Of a stretch of 64,000 bases of DNA, positions 20,259 to 31,905 are shown piece after piece. Source of the stretch: Pseudomonas sp. (lineage in GTDB: Bacteria > Pseudomonadota > Gammaproteobacteria > Pseudomonadales > Pseudomonadaceae); contig NZ_DATELE010000275.1 of the NCBI RefSeq assembly GCF_035277045.1, positions 30,106-94,105 on the forward strand, read 5' to 3'. A program made the position numbers and the translations under genes. A model generated the notes under the pieces. The model was not told the origin of the DNA and made no database searches. It was given only the letters and a program-made list of their open reading frames with translations. Every line of letters starts with the position of its first letter. Position 1 is the first letter of the stretch.

Positions 20259-20591
20259 TTATGCCTTGTCGGCAGCCTTGGCCACAGCGTCCTTGATCAG
20301 GGTCTGCAGTTCGCCGTTGGCGTGCATTTCGATCATGATGTCGCTGCCACCGACCAGCTCGCCGCCCACCCACAGTTGCGGGAAGGTAGGCCAGTTGGCG
20401 TACTTGGGCAGGTTGGCGCGGATCTCGGGGTTCTGCAGGATGTCGACGTAAGCGAACTTCTCGCCGCAACCCATCACGGCTTGCGCCGCCTTCGCCGAAA
20501 AGCCGCACTGCGGGGCATTTGGCGAGCCTTTCATGTAAAGCAGAATGGTGTTGTTGGCAATCTGCTCTTTGATCGTTTCGATGATATCCAT
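20259..20591 (-). CDS. grxD: Monothiol glutaredoxin, Grx4 family
   Basis: CGFS active site (PQCGFSAKA). 110 aa. Confidence 0.9.
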   Translation of the reverse strand: MDIIETIKEQIANNTILLYMKGSPNAPQCGFSAKAAQAVMGCGEKFAYVDILQNPEIRANLPKYANWPTFPQLWVGGELVGGSDIMIEMHANGELQTLIKDAVAKAADKA

Positions 20592-20680
20592 GAAGCACCT
20601 CGGCTGAACTTTCCGACTCCATCGTCGGCACGGTGAGGCATTGTATAGGAAACCCGAGCGGCATGCTCGGCCTTGCCTCG

Positions 20681-22789
20681 TCAGGCTGCCACCACGTCCA
20701 CCGGCACGCCGTTGAGGGCGGCGTTGCCTGATATCGCGTCGCGCAGGTGCTCGTCGGTGAGGTCATTGGCGCTGGCCCCGGCCTGGCCGCTGGCGATGGA
20801 CAGTTGCACACCTTCGAGTCCGTGGCCGTAGCCGTGGGGAAGGCTCACCACCCCGGGCATCACTTCGTCGCTGGCCAGCACCTGCACGCGCACGCTGCCT
20901 ACCCGGGACTTCACCTCCACCAGTTGGCCGTCCTGTAGCTGGCGTGCCTCCAGATCGCGGGGGTGCATCAGCAGCTGGTGGCGTGGCTTGCCTTTGACCA
21001 GCCGGTGGTAGTTGTGCATCCACGAGTTGTTGCTGCGCACGTGCCGGCGGCCGATCAGCAGTAATTGGTTCGCCGCGGCCGGCACCTGCCGGGCGAGGCG
21101 CCGCAGGTCGTCGAGCACGACCTGTGGCGCAGCGTCGACGCACCGCCCTGGCGTTTTCAGGCGCGAAGCCAGGTTTGCCTGCAGCGCGCCCAGATCCAGT
21201 CCATGCGGGTGCTTGTCAAGGGTCTCGAGCGAGAGCTGCCAGGGCGACGCGTCGCCATAGCGGCCCTGGCGCAGGCCGGTATCGATCATCCGCGCGGGCG
21301 GCACGGTCGGCTTGAGTTCGAGCTCGGCGCGCTCGGCGAAGGCCTGGGCCAGGCCGACAAAGATTTCCCAATCGTGCAGCGCGCCTTCGGGCCGGGACAG
21401 GATCGCCCGGTTGAAGCGCGTGATGTTGCGCACTGCCAGCAGGTTGAAGGTGGTGTCGTAGTGGTCGTTCTCCAGCGCCGAGGTGGACGGCAGGATCAGG
21501 TCGGCGTGGCGCGTGGTCTCGTTCAGGTACAGGTCGATGCTGAGCATGAACTCCAGCCCTTCCAGCGCCTGGTCCAGCTGACGCCCATTGGGAGTGGACA
21601 GCACCGGGTTGCCGGCCACCGTGACCAGCGCCCGCACCTGCCCTTCGCCCTCGCACAGGATTTCCTCGGCCAGGGCCGCCACGGGCAGCTCGCCGCCATA
21701 TTCGGGCAACCCGGAGACCCGGCTCTGCCAGGCATTGAAATGCCCGCCCGAGGTGTGGGCCACCAGGTCGACCGCAGGCTCGGTGCACAACGCGCCGCCG
21801 ACCCGGTCCAGGTTGCCGGTCACCAGGTTGATGACCTGCACCAGCCAATGGCACAGCGTGCCGAACGGCTGCGTCGACACCCCCATGCGCCCATAGCAGA
21901 CCGCTTTGTCGGCCGCGGCGAAATCACGCGCCAACTGGCGGATGCGCCCGGCATCGATACCGCACAAAGGGCTCATCGCTTCGGCAGTGAAGGGGGCGAT
22001 AGCCTCGCGCACGGTATCAAGCCCTTGCACCGGCAGGTGCGAGCCCCGCGCAAGGCCTTCGGCGAACAGGGTATCGAGCAACCCGCACAGCAGCGCGGCA
22101 TCCCCGCCTGGGCGAATGAACAGGTGCTGGTCGGCGATTTCCGCCGTTTCGGTGCGCCGGGGGTCGATCACCACCAGTTGGCCGCCACGGGCCTGCAAGG
22201 CCTTGAGCCGCCTGGCGACGTCGGGAACGGTCATGATGCTGCCATTGGAGGCCAGCGGATTGGCGCCCAGCACCAGCATGAAGTTGGTGTGGTCGATGTC
22301 CGGTATCGGCAGCAGCAGGCCATGGCCATACATCAGGTAGCTGGTCAGGTGCTGGGGCAACTGGTCCACCGAGGTGGCGGAAAAGCGGTTGCGGGTCTTG
22401 AGCAGGCCCAGAAAGTAGTTGCTGTGGGTCATCAGGCCATAGTTGTGCACGCTGGGATTGCCTTGGTACACCGCCACCGCGTCGTGCCCGTGGGCCTGCT
22501 GGATGGCCCAGAGCCGGTCGGCGGCGAAGGTAAATGCCTCTTCCCAGCCGATGGCTTCCCAGCGCTCGCCGATGCGTCGGTGAGGCTGGCGCAGGCGGTC
22601 GGGATCGTTCTGGATATCCTGCAGCGCTATCGCCTTGGGGCAGATATGGCCACGGCTGAAAGGATCGTCAGGATCGCCCTTGATCGAGGTGATCTGGGCG
22701 GAGCCGTTGTCTGGCCGGAGCACTTCGATGTTCAGGCCGCAGATGGCCTCGCACAGATGACAGGCCCGGTGATGCAGGGTGCTGGACAT
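20681..22789 (-). CDS. Molybdopterin-dependent oxidoreductase (formate dehydrogenase-like catalytic subunit family), stand-alone
   Basis: N-terminal 4Fe-4S Cys motif CHLCEAICGL. The 702-aa length and sequence are typical of the MopB superfamily. There is no in-frame TGA. Confidence 0.85.
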   Translation of the reverse strand: MSSTLHHRACHLCEAICGLNIEVLRPDNGSAQITSIKGDPDDPFSRGHICPKAIALQDIQNDPDRLRQPHRRIGERWEAIGWEEAFTFAADRLWAIQQAHGHDAVAVYQGNPSVHNYGLMTHSNYFLGLLKTRNRFSATSVDQLPQHLTSYLMYGHGLLLPIPDIDHTNFMLVLGANPLASNGSIMTVPDVARRLKALQARGGQLVVIDPRRTETAEIADQHLFIRPGGDAALLCGLLDTLFAEGLARGSHLPVQGLDTVREAIAPFTAEAMSPLCGIDAGRIRQLARDFAAADKAVCYGRMGVSTQPFGTLCHWLVQVINLVTGNLDRVGGALCTEPAVDLVAHTSGGHFNAWQSRVSGLPEYGGELPVAALAEEILCEGEGQVRALVTVAGNPVLSTPNGRQLDQALEGLEFMLSIDLYLNETTRHADLILPSTSALENDHYDTTFNLLAVRNITRFNRAILSRPEGALHDWEIFVGLAQAFAERAELELKPTVPPARMIDTGLRQGRYGDASPWQLSLETLDKHPHGLDLGALQANLASRLKTPGRCVDAAPQVVLDDLRRLARQVPAAANQLLLIGRRHVRSNNSWMHNYHRLVKGKPRHQLLMHPRDLEARQLQDGQLVEVKSRVGSVRVQVLASDEVMPGVVSLPHGYGHGLEGVQLSIASGQAGASANDLTDEHLRDAISGNAALNGVPVDVVAA

Positions 22790-23163
22790 GGCCGCCTCTG
22801 CTTGTTGTTGTCCGAAAGGGGACTATGCGCTCGGGATTGCGGCCCCGCCAGTCGGCTTCGCGCCATGAATCGAACGACATCAGGCAGAGCGATTTGCGAC
22901 CATGGTTTGCAAAACCCGGCACGCCCGGTGTAAAAACGGCTGTAGCAAATAAGAAACAGCCTGCATTTGGGGTTTTGGAAACCCTTTGATACACCGACCC
23001 AACGGCCCCTCTTGGTTTCAGGCGACATTTAATTATAGTATTGCGCCTTTCCCTATTTCCGTCGCCCCGTGCGGCTAACGCCGCAGGTCACCTCCGTTGT
23101 TCGAAATCGTCAACAAAAACGGCACGGTCGACCTGCAGTCCGATGCAAACAAGGTAGTCAATC

Positions 23164-24084
23164 ATGAGCGCTAGGCACTTTCTCTCCCTGATGGATTTCA
23201 CGCCCGACGAGCTGCTGAGCGTGATCCGTCGCGGCATCGAGCTGAAGGACCTGCGTAACCGCGGCGTGCTGTTCGAACCCCTGAAAAACCGCGTGCTGGG
23301 AATGATCTTCGAAAAATCCTCGACGCGTACCCGCCTGTCGTTCGAAGCCGGCATGATCCAGCTGGGCGGCCAGGCCATCTTCCTGTCGCCGCGTGATACC
23401 CAGCTGGGTCGCGGCGAGCCGATCGGCGATTGCGCCATCGTCATGTCGCGCATGCTTGACGCCGTGATGATCCGTACCTTCGCCCACAGCACCCTCACCG
23501 AGTTCGCCGCCAGTTCGCGGGTACCGGTGATCAACGGCCTGTCCGATGACCTGCACCCGTGCCAGTTGCTGGCCGACATGCAGACCTTCCACGAGCACCG
23601 CGGCTCTATCCAGGGCAAGACCGTGGCCTGGATCGGCGATGGCAACAACATGTGCAACAGCTATATAGAAGCGGCCATGCAGTTCGACTTCCAGCTGCGC
23701 GTTGCCTGCCCCGAGGGCTACGAGCCGGATCCGCGCTTTGTCGAAGCCGCCGGCGAGCGCGTGCGCATCGTGCGCGATCCCAAGGAAGCGGTGCGCGACG
23801 CACATCTGGTCAGCACCGACGTCTGGACTTCCATGGGCCAGGAGGAGGAAACTGCACGGCGCCTGGCGCATTTCGCGCCTTATCAGGTCAACCGCGAACT
23901 GCTCGACCTGGCGGCACCCGACGCCCTGTTCATGCACTGCCTGCCCGCCCACCGTGGCGAGGAAATCAGCCTGGACCTGCTCGACGACCCTCGTTCGGTC
24001 GCCTGGGACCAGGCCGAAAACCGCCTGCATGCACAGAAGGCCCTTCTCGAATTTCTTGTCGAACCGGCTTACCACCACGCATGA
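23164..24084 (+). CDS. argF: Ornithine carbamoyltransferase (anabolic)
   Basis: Motifs STRTR, HPCQ and HCLP. 306 aa. Confidence 0.95.
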   Translation: MSARHFLSLMDFTPDELLSVIRRGIELKDLRNRGVLFEPLKNRVLGMIFEKSSTRTRLSFEAGMIQLGGQAIFLSPRDTQLGRGEPIGDCAIVMSRMLDAVMIRTFAHSTLTEFAASSRVPVINGLSDDLHPCQLLADMQTFHEHRGSIQGKTVAWIGDGNNMCNSYIEAAMQFDFQLRVACPEGYEPDPRFVEAAGERVRIVRDPKEAVRDAHLVSTDVWTSMGQEEETARRLAHFAPYQVNRELLDLAAPDALFMHCLPAHRGEEISLDLLDDPRSVAWDQAENRLHAQKALLEFLVEPAYHHA

Positions 24085-25190
24085 GTCAACCCCTACTGCT
24101 CAACCTGCGCAATCTCGCCTGCGGCTACGGCGACCAGCGCATCGTCCAGAACCTCAACCTGCACCTCAACGCCGGCGACATCGGTTGCCTGCTGGGTTCC
24201 TCGGGCTGCGGCAAGACCACCACCTTGCGCGCCATCGCCGGTTTCGAGCCGGTGCACGAGGGTGAAATCCAGCTGGCTGGCGAGATTATCTCGCGCGCAG
24301 GCTTCACCCTTGCGCCCGAAAAACGCCGGATCGGCATGGTGTTCCAGGACTACGCGCTGTTCCCCCATCTCACCGTGGCTCAGAACATTGCCTTCGGTAT
24401 CGCCAAGCATCCGCAACAGCGGGAGGTGGTCGAAGAGATGCTCGAGCTGGTCAAGCTCGGCGGCCTGGGGGGACGTTATCCGCACGAGCTGTCCGGTGGC
24501 CAGCAGCAACGCGTCGCCCTCGCCCGTGCGCTGGCGCCGGAACCACAGCTGCTGCTGCTCGACGAGCCGTTCTCCAACCTTGATGTCGAGTTGCGCCGGC
24601 GCCTGAGCCACGAGGTGCGCGACATCCTCAAGAGCCGCGGCACCAGCGCCATCCTGGTCACCCATGACCAGGAAGAGGCCTTCGCGGTCAGCGACCACGT
24701 CGGGGTGTTCAAGGAAGGTCGGCTGGAGCAGTGGGATACACCCTACAACCTGTACCACGAACCGCTGACGCCCTTCGTGGCCAGCTTTGTCGGCCAGGGC
24801 TATTTCATTCGCGGCCAGCTGGTCAGTCCGGAAGCGGTCAACACCGAGCTGGGCGAGCTGCGCGGCAATCGTGCCTACACCATGGCGCCTGGCAGCGCGG
24901 TGGATGTGCTGCTGCGTCCCGATGATATCGTGCATGCGCCGGGCAGCGAGCTGCAGGCGCGGATCGTCGGCAAGAGCTTCCTGGGCGCTTCGACCCTGTA
25001 CCGCCTGCAACTGCCGACTGGCAGTCAGCTGGAAGCGATCTTCCCAAGCCATGTCGACCACCTGATCGGGCATGACGTGGGGATCGAGGTGGCGGCGGAC
25101 CACCTGGTGCTGTTCGCCGTGCCGGGTAGCGTGGCGGCGCAGTTGCCTTCGCAGGAAGTGGGCGTGCGCCGGTACAGTTCGGCAACCTGA
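24081..25190 (+). CDS. ABC transporter ATP-binding protein, PotA/FbpC-like with a C-terminal TOBE-like domain
   Basis: Walker [10 protein letters not shown], signature LSGGQQQR and Walker B LLLDEP. The ATG overlaps the argF stop (ATGA). The track's 23559 start is an out-of-gene extension across argF. Confidence 0.9.
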   Translation: MSQPLLLNLRNLACGYGDQRIVQNLNLHLNAGDIGCLLGSSGCGKTTTLRAIAGFEPVHEGEIQLAGEIISRAGFTLAPEKRRIGMVFQDYALFPHLTVAQNIAFGIAKHPQQREVVEEMLELVKLGGLGGRYPHELSGGQQQRVALARALAPEPQLLLLDEPFSNLDVELRRRLSHEVRDILKSRGTSAILVTHDQEEAFAVSDHVGVFKEGRLEQWDTPYNLYHEPLTPFVASFVGQGYFIRGQLVSPEAVNTELGELRGNRAYTMAPGSAVDVLLRPDDIVHAPGSELQARIVGKSFLGASTLYRLQLPTGSQLEAIFPSHVDHLIGHDVGIEVAADHLVLFAVPGSVAAQLPSQEVGVRRYSSAT

Positions 25191-25207
25191 GTCGGTAGCC
25201 ACCCGGA

Positions 25208-25230
25208 GGGAGCGGGCGTGTCCCGTTCCC
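25208..25230. terminator. REP-like hairpin / possible bidirectional terminator
   Basis: GGGAGCGGG-CGTGT-CCCGTTCCC forms a 9-bp stem with one G-T pair, between convergent genes. The GGAGCGGG core resembles Pseudomonas REP elements. Confidence 0.35.
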
Positions 25231-25245
25231 TCGATGCAGGCGTTG

Positions 25246-26028
25246 TTACACCGTCAGCACCCCGCTCGCCACCCGCCGTGCATATCCGCCGATCCTCACC
25301 CGCTCTCCCTCGAGCCGGCAAAACAGCTCCCCGCCTCGCGCCGAACACTGGAACGCATGCAGCTCGGTCTTGCCCAGGCGCCTCGCCCAGTAGGGAATCA
25401 GACTGCAATGAATCGACCCCGTGACCGGGTCCTCGTTGACACCCAGTCCCGGCGCAAAGTAGCGGGAGACAAAGTCGTGAGCCTCACCCGGCGCCGTCAC
25501 CATCACCCCAAGCCCCGGTAATGCCATCACCGCCGCCATGTCCGGAGCGCACTCGCGCACGGCCTGCTCCGATGCCAGCACCACCAGCAATTCCTTGCCA
25601 GTCTGCAGCACTTCCTGGACCTCGCAACCCAGCGCCCGCGCGGCGGCTATCGGCTGATCAGGGACATAGGGCTCGATCCGCGGGAAGTCCAGCACCAGGC
25701 GGTCACCTTCGCGGCTTACATTCAATGGACCCGACTGGCTTAGAAAGGCGAGTTGCTGGCCGGGCTCAGCGTACACCTCGAACAGCACATGGGCGGCGGC
25801 CAGCGTCGCATGCCCACACAGCGGCACCTCCACGCCGGGGGTGAACCAGCGGATACGAAAGCCTTGCGCCTCGCGCACCACGAACGCGGTTTCGGACAGA
25901 TTGTGCTCGGCGGCGATCTGCTGCATCAAGGCGTCGTCGAGCCAGGCTTGCAAGCGATAGATGATGGCGGGGTTGCCGGCGAAGGGGCGCTGGGTGAACG
26001 CGTCGACCTGGTGGAATTCAAGCTGCAT
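25246..26028 (-). CDS. PhzF-family isomerase-like protein
   Basis: The N-terminus MQLEFHQVDAFTQRPFAGNPA is typical of PhzF/YddE. 260 aa. The track's upstream extension is rejected. Confidence 0.85.
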   Translation of the reverse strand: MQLEFHQVDAFTQRPFAGNPAIIYRLQAWLDDALMQQIAAEHNLSETAFVVREAQGFRIRWFTPGVEVPLCGHATLAAAHVLFEVYAEPGQQLAFLSQSGPLNVSREGDRLVLDFPRIEPYVPDQPIAAARALGCEVQEVLQTGKELLVVLASEQAVRECAPDMAAVMALPGLGVMVTAPGEAHDFVSRYFAPGLGVNEDPVTGSIHCSLIPYWARRLGKTELHAFQCSARGGELFCRLEGERVRIGGYARRVASGVLTV

Positions 26029-26120
26029 GGCAATTCTCTTGTGTTGTGAATCGCCAGCATGCCCGCAACAGGGTTTCGTAAAACAGTGACAGAAGCTGTC
26101 TATTTCAACCGGTACAGCGC

Positions 26121-26591
26121 TCAGCCCCTGCCAATGCTGGCAAACTTGCCTTGCGTATTGGCCGCCAATACCTCGGCGGCCAGCTCGACCTCCAGGCCGC
26201 GCCGCCCGGCACTCACATGTATGGTCTCGAAAGTGTGCGCGGACTGATCGATAAAGGTGCGCAGGCGCTTTTTCTGTCCCAGGGGACTGATCCCGCCGAC
26301 CAGATACCCGGTCGCGCGCTGCGCCACGGCCGGATCCGCCATCTCGCATTTCTTGACCCCCGCTGCCTGGGCCAGGGCCTTCAGATCAAGGGTCCCGACC
26401 ACGGGCACCACGGCCACCAGCAGCTCACCCTTCTCACTGCTGGCAAGCAGCGTCTTGTAGACCCGCAGAGGGTCAAGCCCAAGCTTCTCAGCGGCCTCGA
26501 GGCCATAGGAGGCAACTTTCGGGTCATGCTCGTAACTGTGGACACGATGTTCGGCGCGAACTTTTTTCAACAGGTCCAGTGCGGGCGTCAT
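26121..26591 (-). CDS. ybaK: Cys-tRNA(Pro)/Cys-tRNA(Cys) deacylase YbaK
   Basis: 156 aa from MTPALDLLKK. YbaK/EbsC-like sequence (GGISPLG motif). Confidence 0.85.
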   Translation of the reverse strand: MTPALDLLKKVRAEHRVHSYEHDPKVASYGLEAAEKLGLDPLRVYKTLLASSEKGELLVAVVPVVGTLDLKALAQAAGVKKCEMADPAVAQRATGYLVGGISPLGQKKRLRTFIDQSAHTFETIHVSAGRRGLEVELAAEVLAANTQGKFASIGRG

Positions 26592-26902
26592 GCAAAGGCT
26601 TCCTTCATCGGCAGGCCAGGATTTGCAGGTACTGTAGGACAAAATACTTTGGCCGGACAGTCAGCAACCGCTACGCCAAGTAGCGAATGAAGTCACTTTG
26701 CCATCCAATAGTCAGAATATGGCCCGCGGTTCACTTTCGACCTTTGACATAAGCGTTTCTTGTCTATATTTTTTCGTTTCTGAAGAAAGACTGCCCTGAT
26801 AGGGTGCATTCTTTATAAACTGCCCGGCCTCAGTGGGGACGATGCCGGGTCTTGCTGTCGAGCGCACACGCGCCTCACAACAACAAGAAACCGAGGTCAT
26901 AA

Positions 26903-27754
26903 ATGACGACTGCACTACGACAACCCACACTTTCCAGCCAATGCATCGCCGAATTCTTCGGCACCGCCTTGCTTATCTTCTTCGGCACGGGCTGCGTCGC
27001 CGCGCTCAAGGTCGCCGGGGCCAGCTTCGGCCTGTGGGAGATCAGCATCATCTGGGGCATTGGCGTGAGCATGGCGATCTACCTGACCGCTGGCGTATCG
27101 GGCGCGCACCTGAGCCCGGCCGTCAGCATCGCGCTGTGCGTGTTCGGCGGCTTCGAACGGCGCAAGCTGCCCTTCTACATCATTGCCCAGATCGCAGGCG
27201 CGTTCTGCGGCGCGGCGCTGGTCTATACCCTGTACAGCAGCCTTTTCTTCGATTACGAACAGGCGCACGCCATGGTTCGCGGCAGCCAGGAGAGCCTCGA
27301 GCTTGCCTCGGTGTTCTCGACCTACCCGCATGCGGCGCTTTCCACCGGCCAGGCGTTCATGGTCGAAATGGTCATCACCGCGATTCTGATGGCGGTGATC
27401 ATGGCACTGACCGACGACAACAACGGCCTGCCGCGCGGCCCCATGGCGCCGCTGCTGATCGGCCTGCTGATTGCCGTGATCGGCAGCGCCATGGGCCCGC
27501 TCACCGGCTTTGCGATGAACCCGGCGCGCGACCTGGGCCCCAAGCTGATGACCTTCGTGGCCGGCTGGGGCGAGATCGCCATGACCGGCGGCCGCGATAT
27601 TCCCTACTTCCTGATTCCGGTGTTCGCGCCGATCACCGGGGCGTGCCTGGGCGCGGCCCTGTACCGCCTGGTGATCGCCCGCAACCTGCCCGATGCCGCG
27701 GCAGCGAACACCCAGACCGACGATAATCCTCAGGGCAAGACCCAGGCTTCCTGA
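26903..27754 (+). CDS. glpF: Aquaglyceroporin (glycerol uptake facilitator)
   Basis: MIP-family sequence. The second NPA box is intact (FAMNPARD). The first box reads SPA (SGAHLSPAVS). It is followed by glpK. Confidence 0.9.
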   Translation: MTTALRQPTLSSQCIAEFFGTALLIFFGTGCVAALKVAGASFGLWEISIIWGIGVSMAIYLTAGVSGAHLSPAVSIALCVFGGFERRKLPFYIIAQIAGAFCGAALVYTLYSSLFFDYEQAHAMVRGSQESLELASVFSTYPHAALSTGQAFMVEMVITAILMAVIMALTDDNNGLPRGPMAPLLIGLLIAVIGSAMGPLTGFAMNPARDLGPKLMTFVAGWGEIAMTGGRDIPYFLIPVFAPITGACLGAALYRLVIARNLPDAAAANTQTDDNPQGKTQAS

Positions 27755-29320
<1,566 letters not shown>

Positions 29321-29427
29321 GCAGGCGCGGAGAGTGGGCAGGTACGGTCAGGTCTTGCAGACGCTGGCCGTCAGCCCCGTCCTACGGCATCATTGCGGCA
29401 TTTGTCCGGCAGCCTGAAGGACCACCC

Positions 29428-30183
29428 ATGAATCTGCCCCCCCGCCAACAACAAATTCTCGAACTCGTACGCGACCGCGGTTACGTCAGTATCGAGGAAA
29501 TGGCGCAACTGTTCGTCGTTACCCCGCAAACCATTCGCCGGGACATCAACCTGCTTGCCGAAGTCAACCTGCTACGCCGATACCACGGTGGCGCGGCGTA
29601 TGACTCGAGCATCGAGAACACCGCCTACGCCATGCGCGCCGACCAGATGCGCGACGAAAAGCAGCGCATCGCCGACGCCGTTGCCAGGCAGATCCCGGAT
29701 CACGCCTCACTGTTCATCAACATCGGCACCACCACCGAGTCGATTGCCCGCGCCCTGCTCAACCACAATCACCTCAAGGTCATCACCAACAACCTGCACG
29801 TAGCGTCGATCCTCAGCGCCAAGGACGATTTCGATGTGCAGCTGGCGGGCGGAACCGTGCGCCGCGATGGCGGCGTGGTGGGCCAGGCCAGCGTCGATTT
29901 CATCAATCAGTTCAAGGTGGATTTCGCACTGGTGGGCATCAGTGGGATCGACGAAGACGGCAGCCTGCTGGACTTCGACTACCAGGAGGTGCGCGTGTCC
30001 CAGGCGATCATCGCCAATGCCCGCCAGGTGATCCTTGCCGCCGACTCCAGCAAGTTCGGCCGCAATGCCATGGTACGCCTGGGCTCGATCGGCCTGGTCG
30101 ACTGCCTGGTGACCGACCATGCCCCCTCTCCTGCCCTCGCCGAACGGCTCGCCCAGCACAAGATCCGCCTCGAGGTGGTCTGA
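29428..30183 (+). CDS. glpR: DeoR-family glycerol-3-phosphate regulon repressor
   Basis: N-terminal DeoR HTH ([34 protein letters not shown]) and a sugar-phosphate-binding C-terminal domain. Confidence 0.9.
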   Translation: MNLPPRQQQILELVRDRGYVSIEEMAQLFVVTPQTIRRDINLLAEVNLLRRYHGGAAYDSSIENTAYAMRADQMRDEKQRIADAVARQIPDHASLFINIGTTTESIARALLNHNHLKVITNNLHVASILSAKDDFDVQLAGGTVRRDGGVVGQASVDFINQFKVDFALVGISGIDEDGSLLDFDYQEVRVSQAIIANARQVILAADSSKFGRNAMVRLGSIGLVDCLVTDHAPSPALAERLAQHKIRLEVV

Positions 30184-30223
30184 GCCTTTTCTCCCGCGCC
30201 ACCTTCAGCGGTGGCGCTGCTTC

Positions 30224-30240
30224 ATGTTCGTTAATGTTCA
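30224..30240 (+). promoter_or_regulatory. Candidate GlpR operator (ATGTTCGTTAATGTTCA)
   Basis: Two ATGTTC hexamers sit 10 bp apart, upstream of glpD. The TGTTCG core matches enterobacterial GlpR half-sites (from memory). Confidence 0.4.
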
Positions 30241-30314
30241 CTTCAGGTCATCCGATCAATATTTTCTATGGGAACGGACTGGCTACCGCCTGGGCATTGC
30301 GCTAATATTTTCGG

Positions 30315-30340
30315 AAACGAACATTGATGTTCATATTCGA
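30315..30340 (+). promoter_or_regulatory. Candidate GlpR operator containing the palindrome GAACAT-TG-ATGTTC
   Basis: Perfect 6-bp inverted arms at 30319-30332, about 35 nt upstream of the glpD start. Confidence 0.45.
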
Positions 30341-30366
30341 TGTGAAATGCCTCAGGAGGCCTTGCC

Positions 30367-31905
30367 GTGTCCCAGCCTGTTTCGTCCCTGCCGCCCCTTG
30401 CTGACTGCTATGACCTTGCCGTGATCGGCGGGGGCATCAATGGCGTGGGTATTGCCGCTGACGCAGCCGGGCGCGGCCTGTCGGTCTTTCTTTGCGAAAA
30501 GGACGACCTGGCCAGCCACACGTCCTCGGCCAGCAGCAAGCTGATCCACGGTGGCCTGCGTTACCTGGAGCACTACGAATTCCGCCTGGTGCGTGAGGCG
30601 CTTGCCGAGCGCGAAGTGTTGCTCGCCAAGGCCCCGCACATCGTCAGGCCGATGCGCTTCGTGCTGCCCCACCGCCCGCATCTGCGTCCGGGCTGGATGA
30701 TCCGCGCCGGCCTGTTCCTCTATGACCACCTTGGCAAGCGCAAGCAGCTCGGTGCCTCGCGCGGCCTGCGCTTCGGCCCGGGCAACCCGCTCAAGCCGGC
30801 CATCACCCATGGCTTCGAATATGCCGACTGCGCCGTCGATGACGCCCGCCTGGTGGTGGTCAACGCCATGGCCGCCCGCGAACACGGCGCGCATGTCCGT
30901 ACCCGCACCCGCTGCCTGAGCGCCAGGCGCGTCGATGGTCTGTGGCAGGTGGAGCTCGAGCATGCCGACGGCAGCCGCCAGAGCATTCGTGCCCGCGCCC
31001 TGGTCAACGCGGCCGGCCCATGGGTGGCCAGCTTCATCAAGGATGACCTGCAGCTCGATGCCCCGTACGGCATCCGCCTGATCCAAGGCAGCCACCTGAT
31101 CGTGCCGCGCCTGTACGAGGGTGAACATGCCTACATCCTGCAGAACGAAGACCAGCGCATCGTCTTCGCGATTCCGTACCTCGATCGTTTCACCCTGATC
31201 GGCACCACTGACCGCGAGTACAAAGGCGACCCGGCGAAGGTGGCGATCACCGAGCAGGAAACCGACTACATCCTCAAGGTGGTCAACGAGCATTTCAATC
31301 ACCAGCTCAGCCGCGCCGATATCCTGCACACCTACTCCGGCGTCCGCCCGCTGTGCAACGACGAGTCGGACAACCCCTCGGCAGTGACTCGCGACTACAC
31401 CCTCGCGCTGTCCGCAAGCCAGGGCCAGGCGCCGTTGCTGTCGGTATTCGGCGGAAAGCTGACCACCTACCGCAAGCTGGCCGAGTCGGCGATGGGCGAG
31501 CTCAAGCCGTTCTTCACCCAGATGCGTGGCAGCTGGACCGCCAGCGCAACCTTGCCTGGCGGCGAGCAGATGACCAGCGTGCAAGCCCTGGTCGATGCCA
31601 TCCTGGCCCGCTACGGCTGGCTACCGGTGGATATCGCCGGGCGCTGGGCGCGCACGTACGGCAGCCGTGTGTGGCGCTTGCTGGAAGGCGTGAACGGTCC
31701 GGATGACCTGGGCCAGGCGATCGGTGGCGGGCTGTTCGCCCGCGAGGTGGATTACCTGCGCGCCGAGGAATGGGCCGTGGGCGCTGACGATATCCTGTGG
31801 CGCCGCAGCAAGCTTGGGCTGTTCATGAGCGAGGCCGAGCAGCAAGTGCTGCGTGACTACCTGCAGCAGGTCGAGCACAAGAAGGCCGGTATTCAGGCGG
31901 CCTGA
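30367..31905 (+). CDS. glpD: Aerobic glycerol-3-phosphate dehydrogenase
   Basis: FAD-binding motif DLAVIGGGINGVG. 512 aa. The GTG start has an AGGAGG RBS. Confidence 0.95.
   Translation: MSQPVSSLPPLADCYDLAVIGGGINGVGIAADAAGRGLSVFLCEKDDLASHTSSASSKLIHGGLRYLEHYEFRLVREALAEREVLLAKAPHIVRPMRFVLPHRPHLRPGWMIRAGLFLYDHLGKRKQLGASRGLRFGPGNPLKPAITHGFEYADCAVDDARLVVVNAMAAREHGAHVRTRTRCLSARRVDGLWQVELEHADGSRQSIRARALVNAAGPWVASFIKDDLQLDAPYGIRLIQGSHLIVPRLYEGEHAYILQNEDQRIVFAIPYLDRFTLIGTTDREYKGDPAKVAITEQETDYILKVVNEHFNHQLSRADILHTYSGVRPLCNDESDNPSAVTRDYTLALSASQGQAPLLSVFGGKLTTYRKLAESAMGELKPFFTQMRGSWTASATLPGGEQMTSVQALVDAILARYGWLPVDIAGRWARTYGSRVWRLLEGVNGPDDLGQAIGGGLFAREVDYLRAEEWAVGADDILWRRSKLGLFMSEAEQQVLRDYLQQVEHKKAGIQAA

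Noticed and set aside
21065-22933. A 622-aa plus-strand ORF opposite the molybdopterin oxidoreductase.
   Set aside because: It is an antisense shadow. The minus-strand product has the Cys cluster and MopB-like sequence.
22790-23163. The 370-bp spacer upstream of argF. I searched it for ArgR boxes (TGTCGC-N8-AA) and for small ORFs (22668-23028, minus strand).
   Set aside because: I found only a degenerate CGTCGC with the wrong spacing. The small ORFs lack an RBS and have poor codon bias. The hairpins present (for example GGGTTT-TGG-AAACCC near 22968) are too weak to call.
23559-24080. A long N-terminal extension of the ABC ATPase ORF. The track lists the ORF as 23559-25190 (543 aa).
   Set aside because: The extension lies out of frame within argF, and its translation is Arg/Pro-rich nonsense. 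The ATPase homology begins at [12 protein letters not shown] (24081), with an ATGA overlap to argF.
26712-26930. A 72-aa minus-strand ORF in the glpF upstream region.
   Set aside because: It has no RBS and odd composition (VVVVQSSFMTSVSCCCE), and it overlaps the glpF start. It lies in the promoter region.
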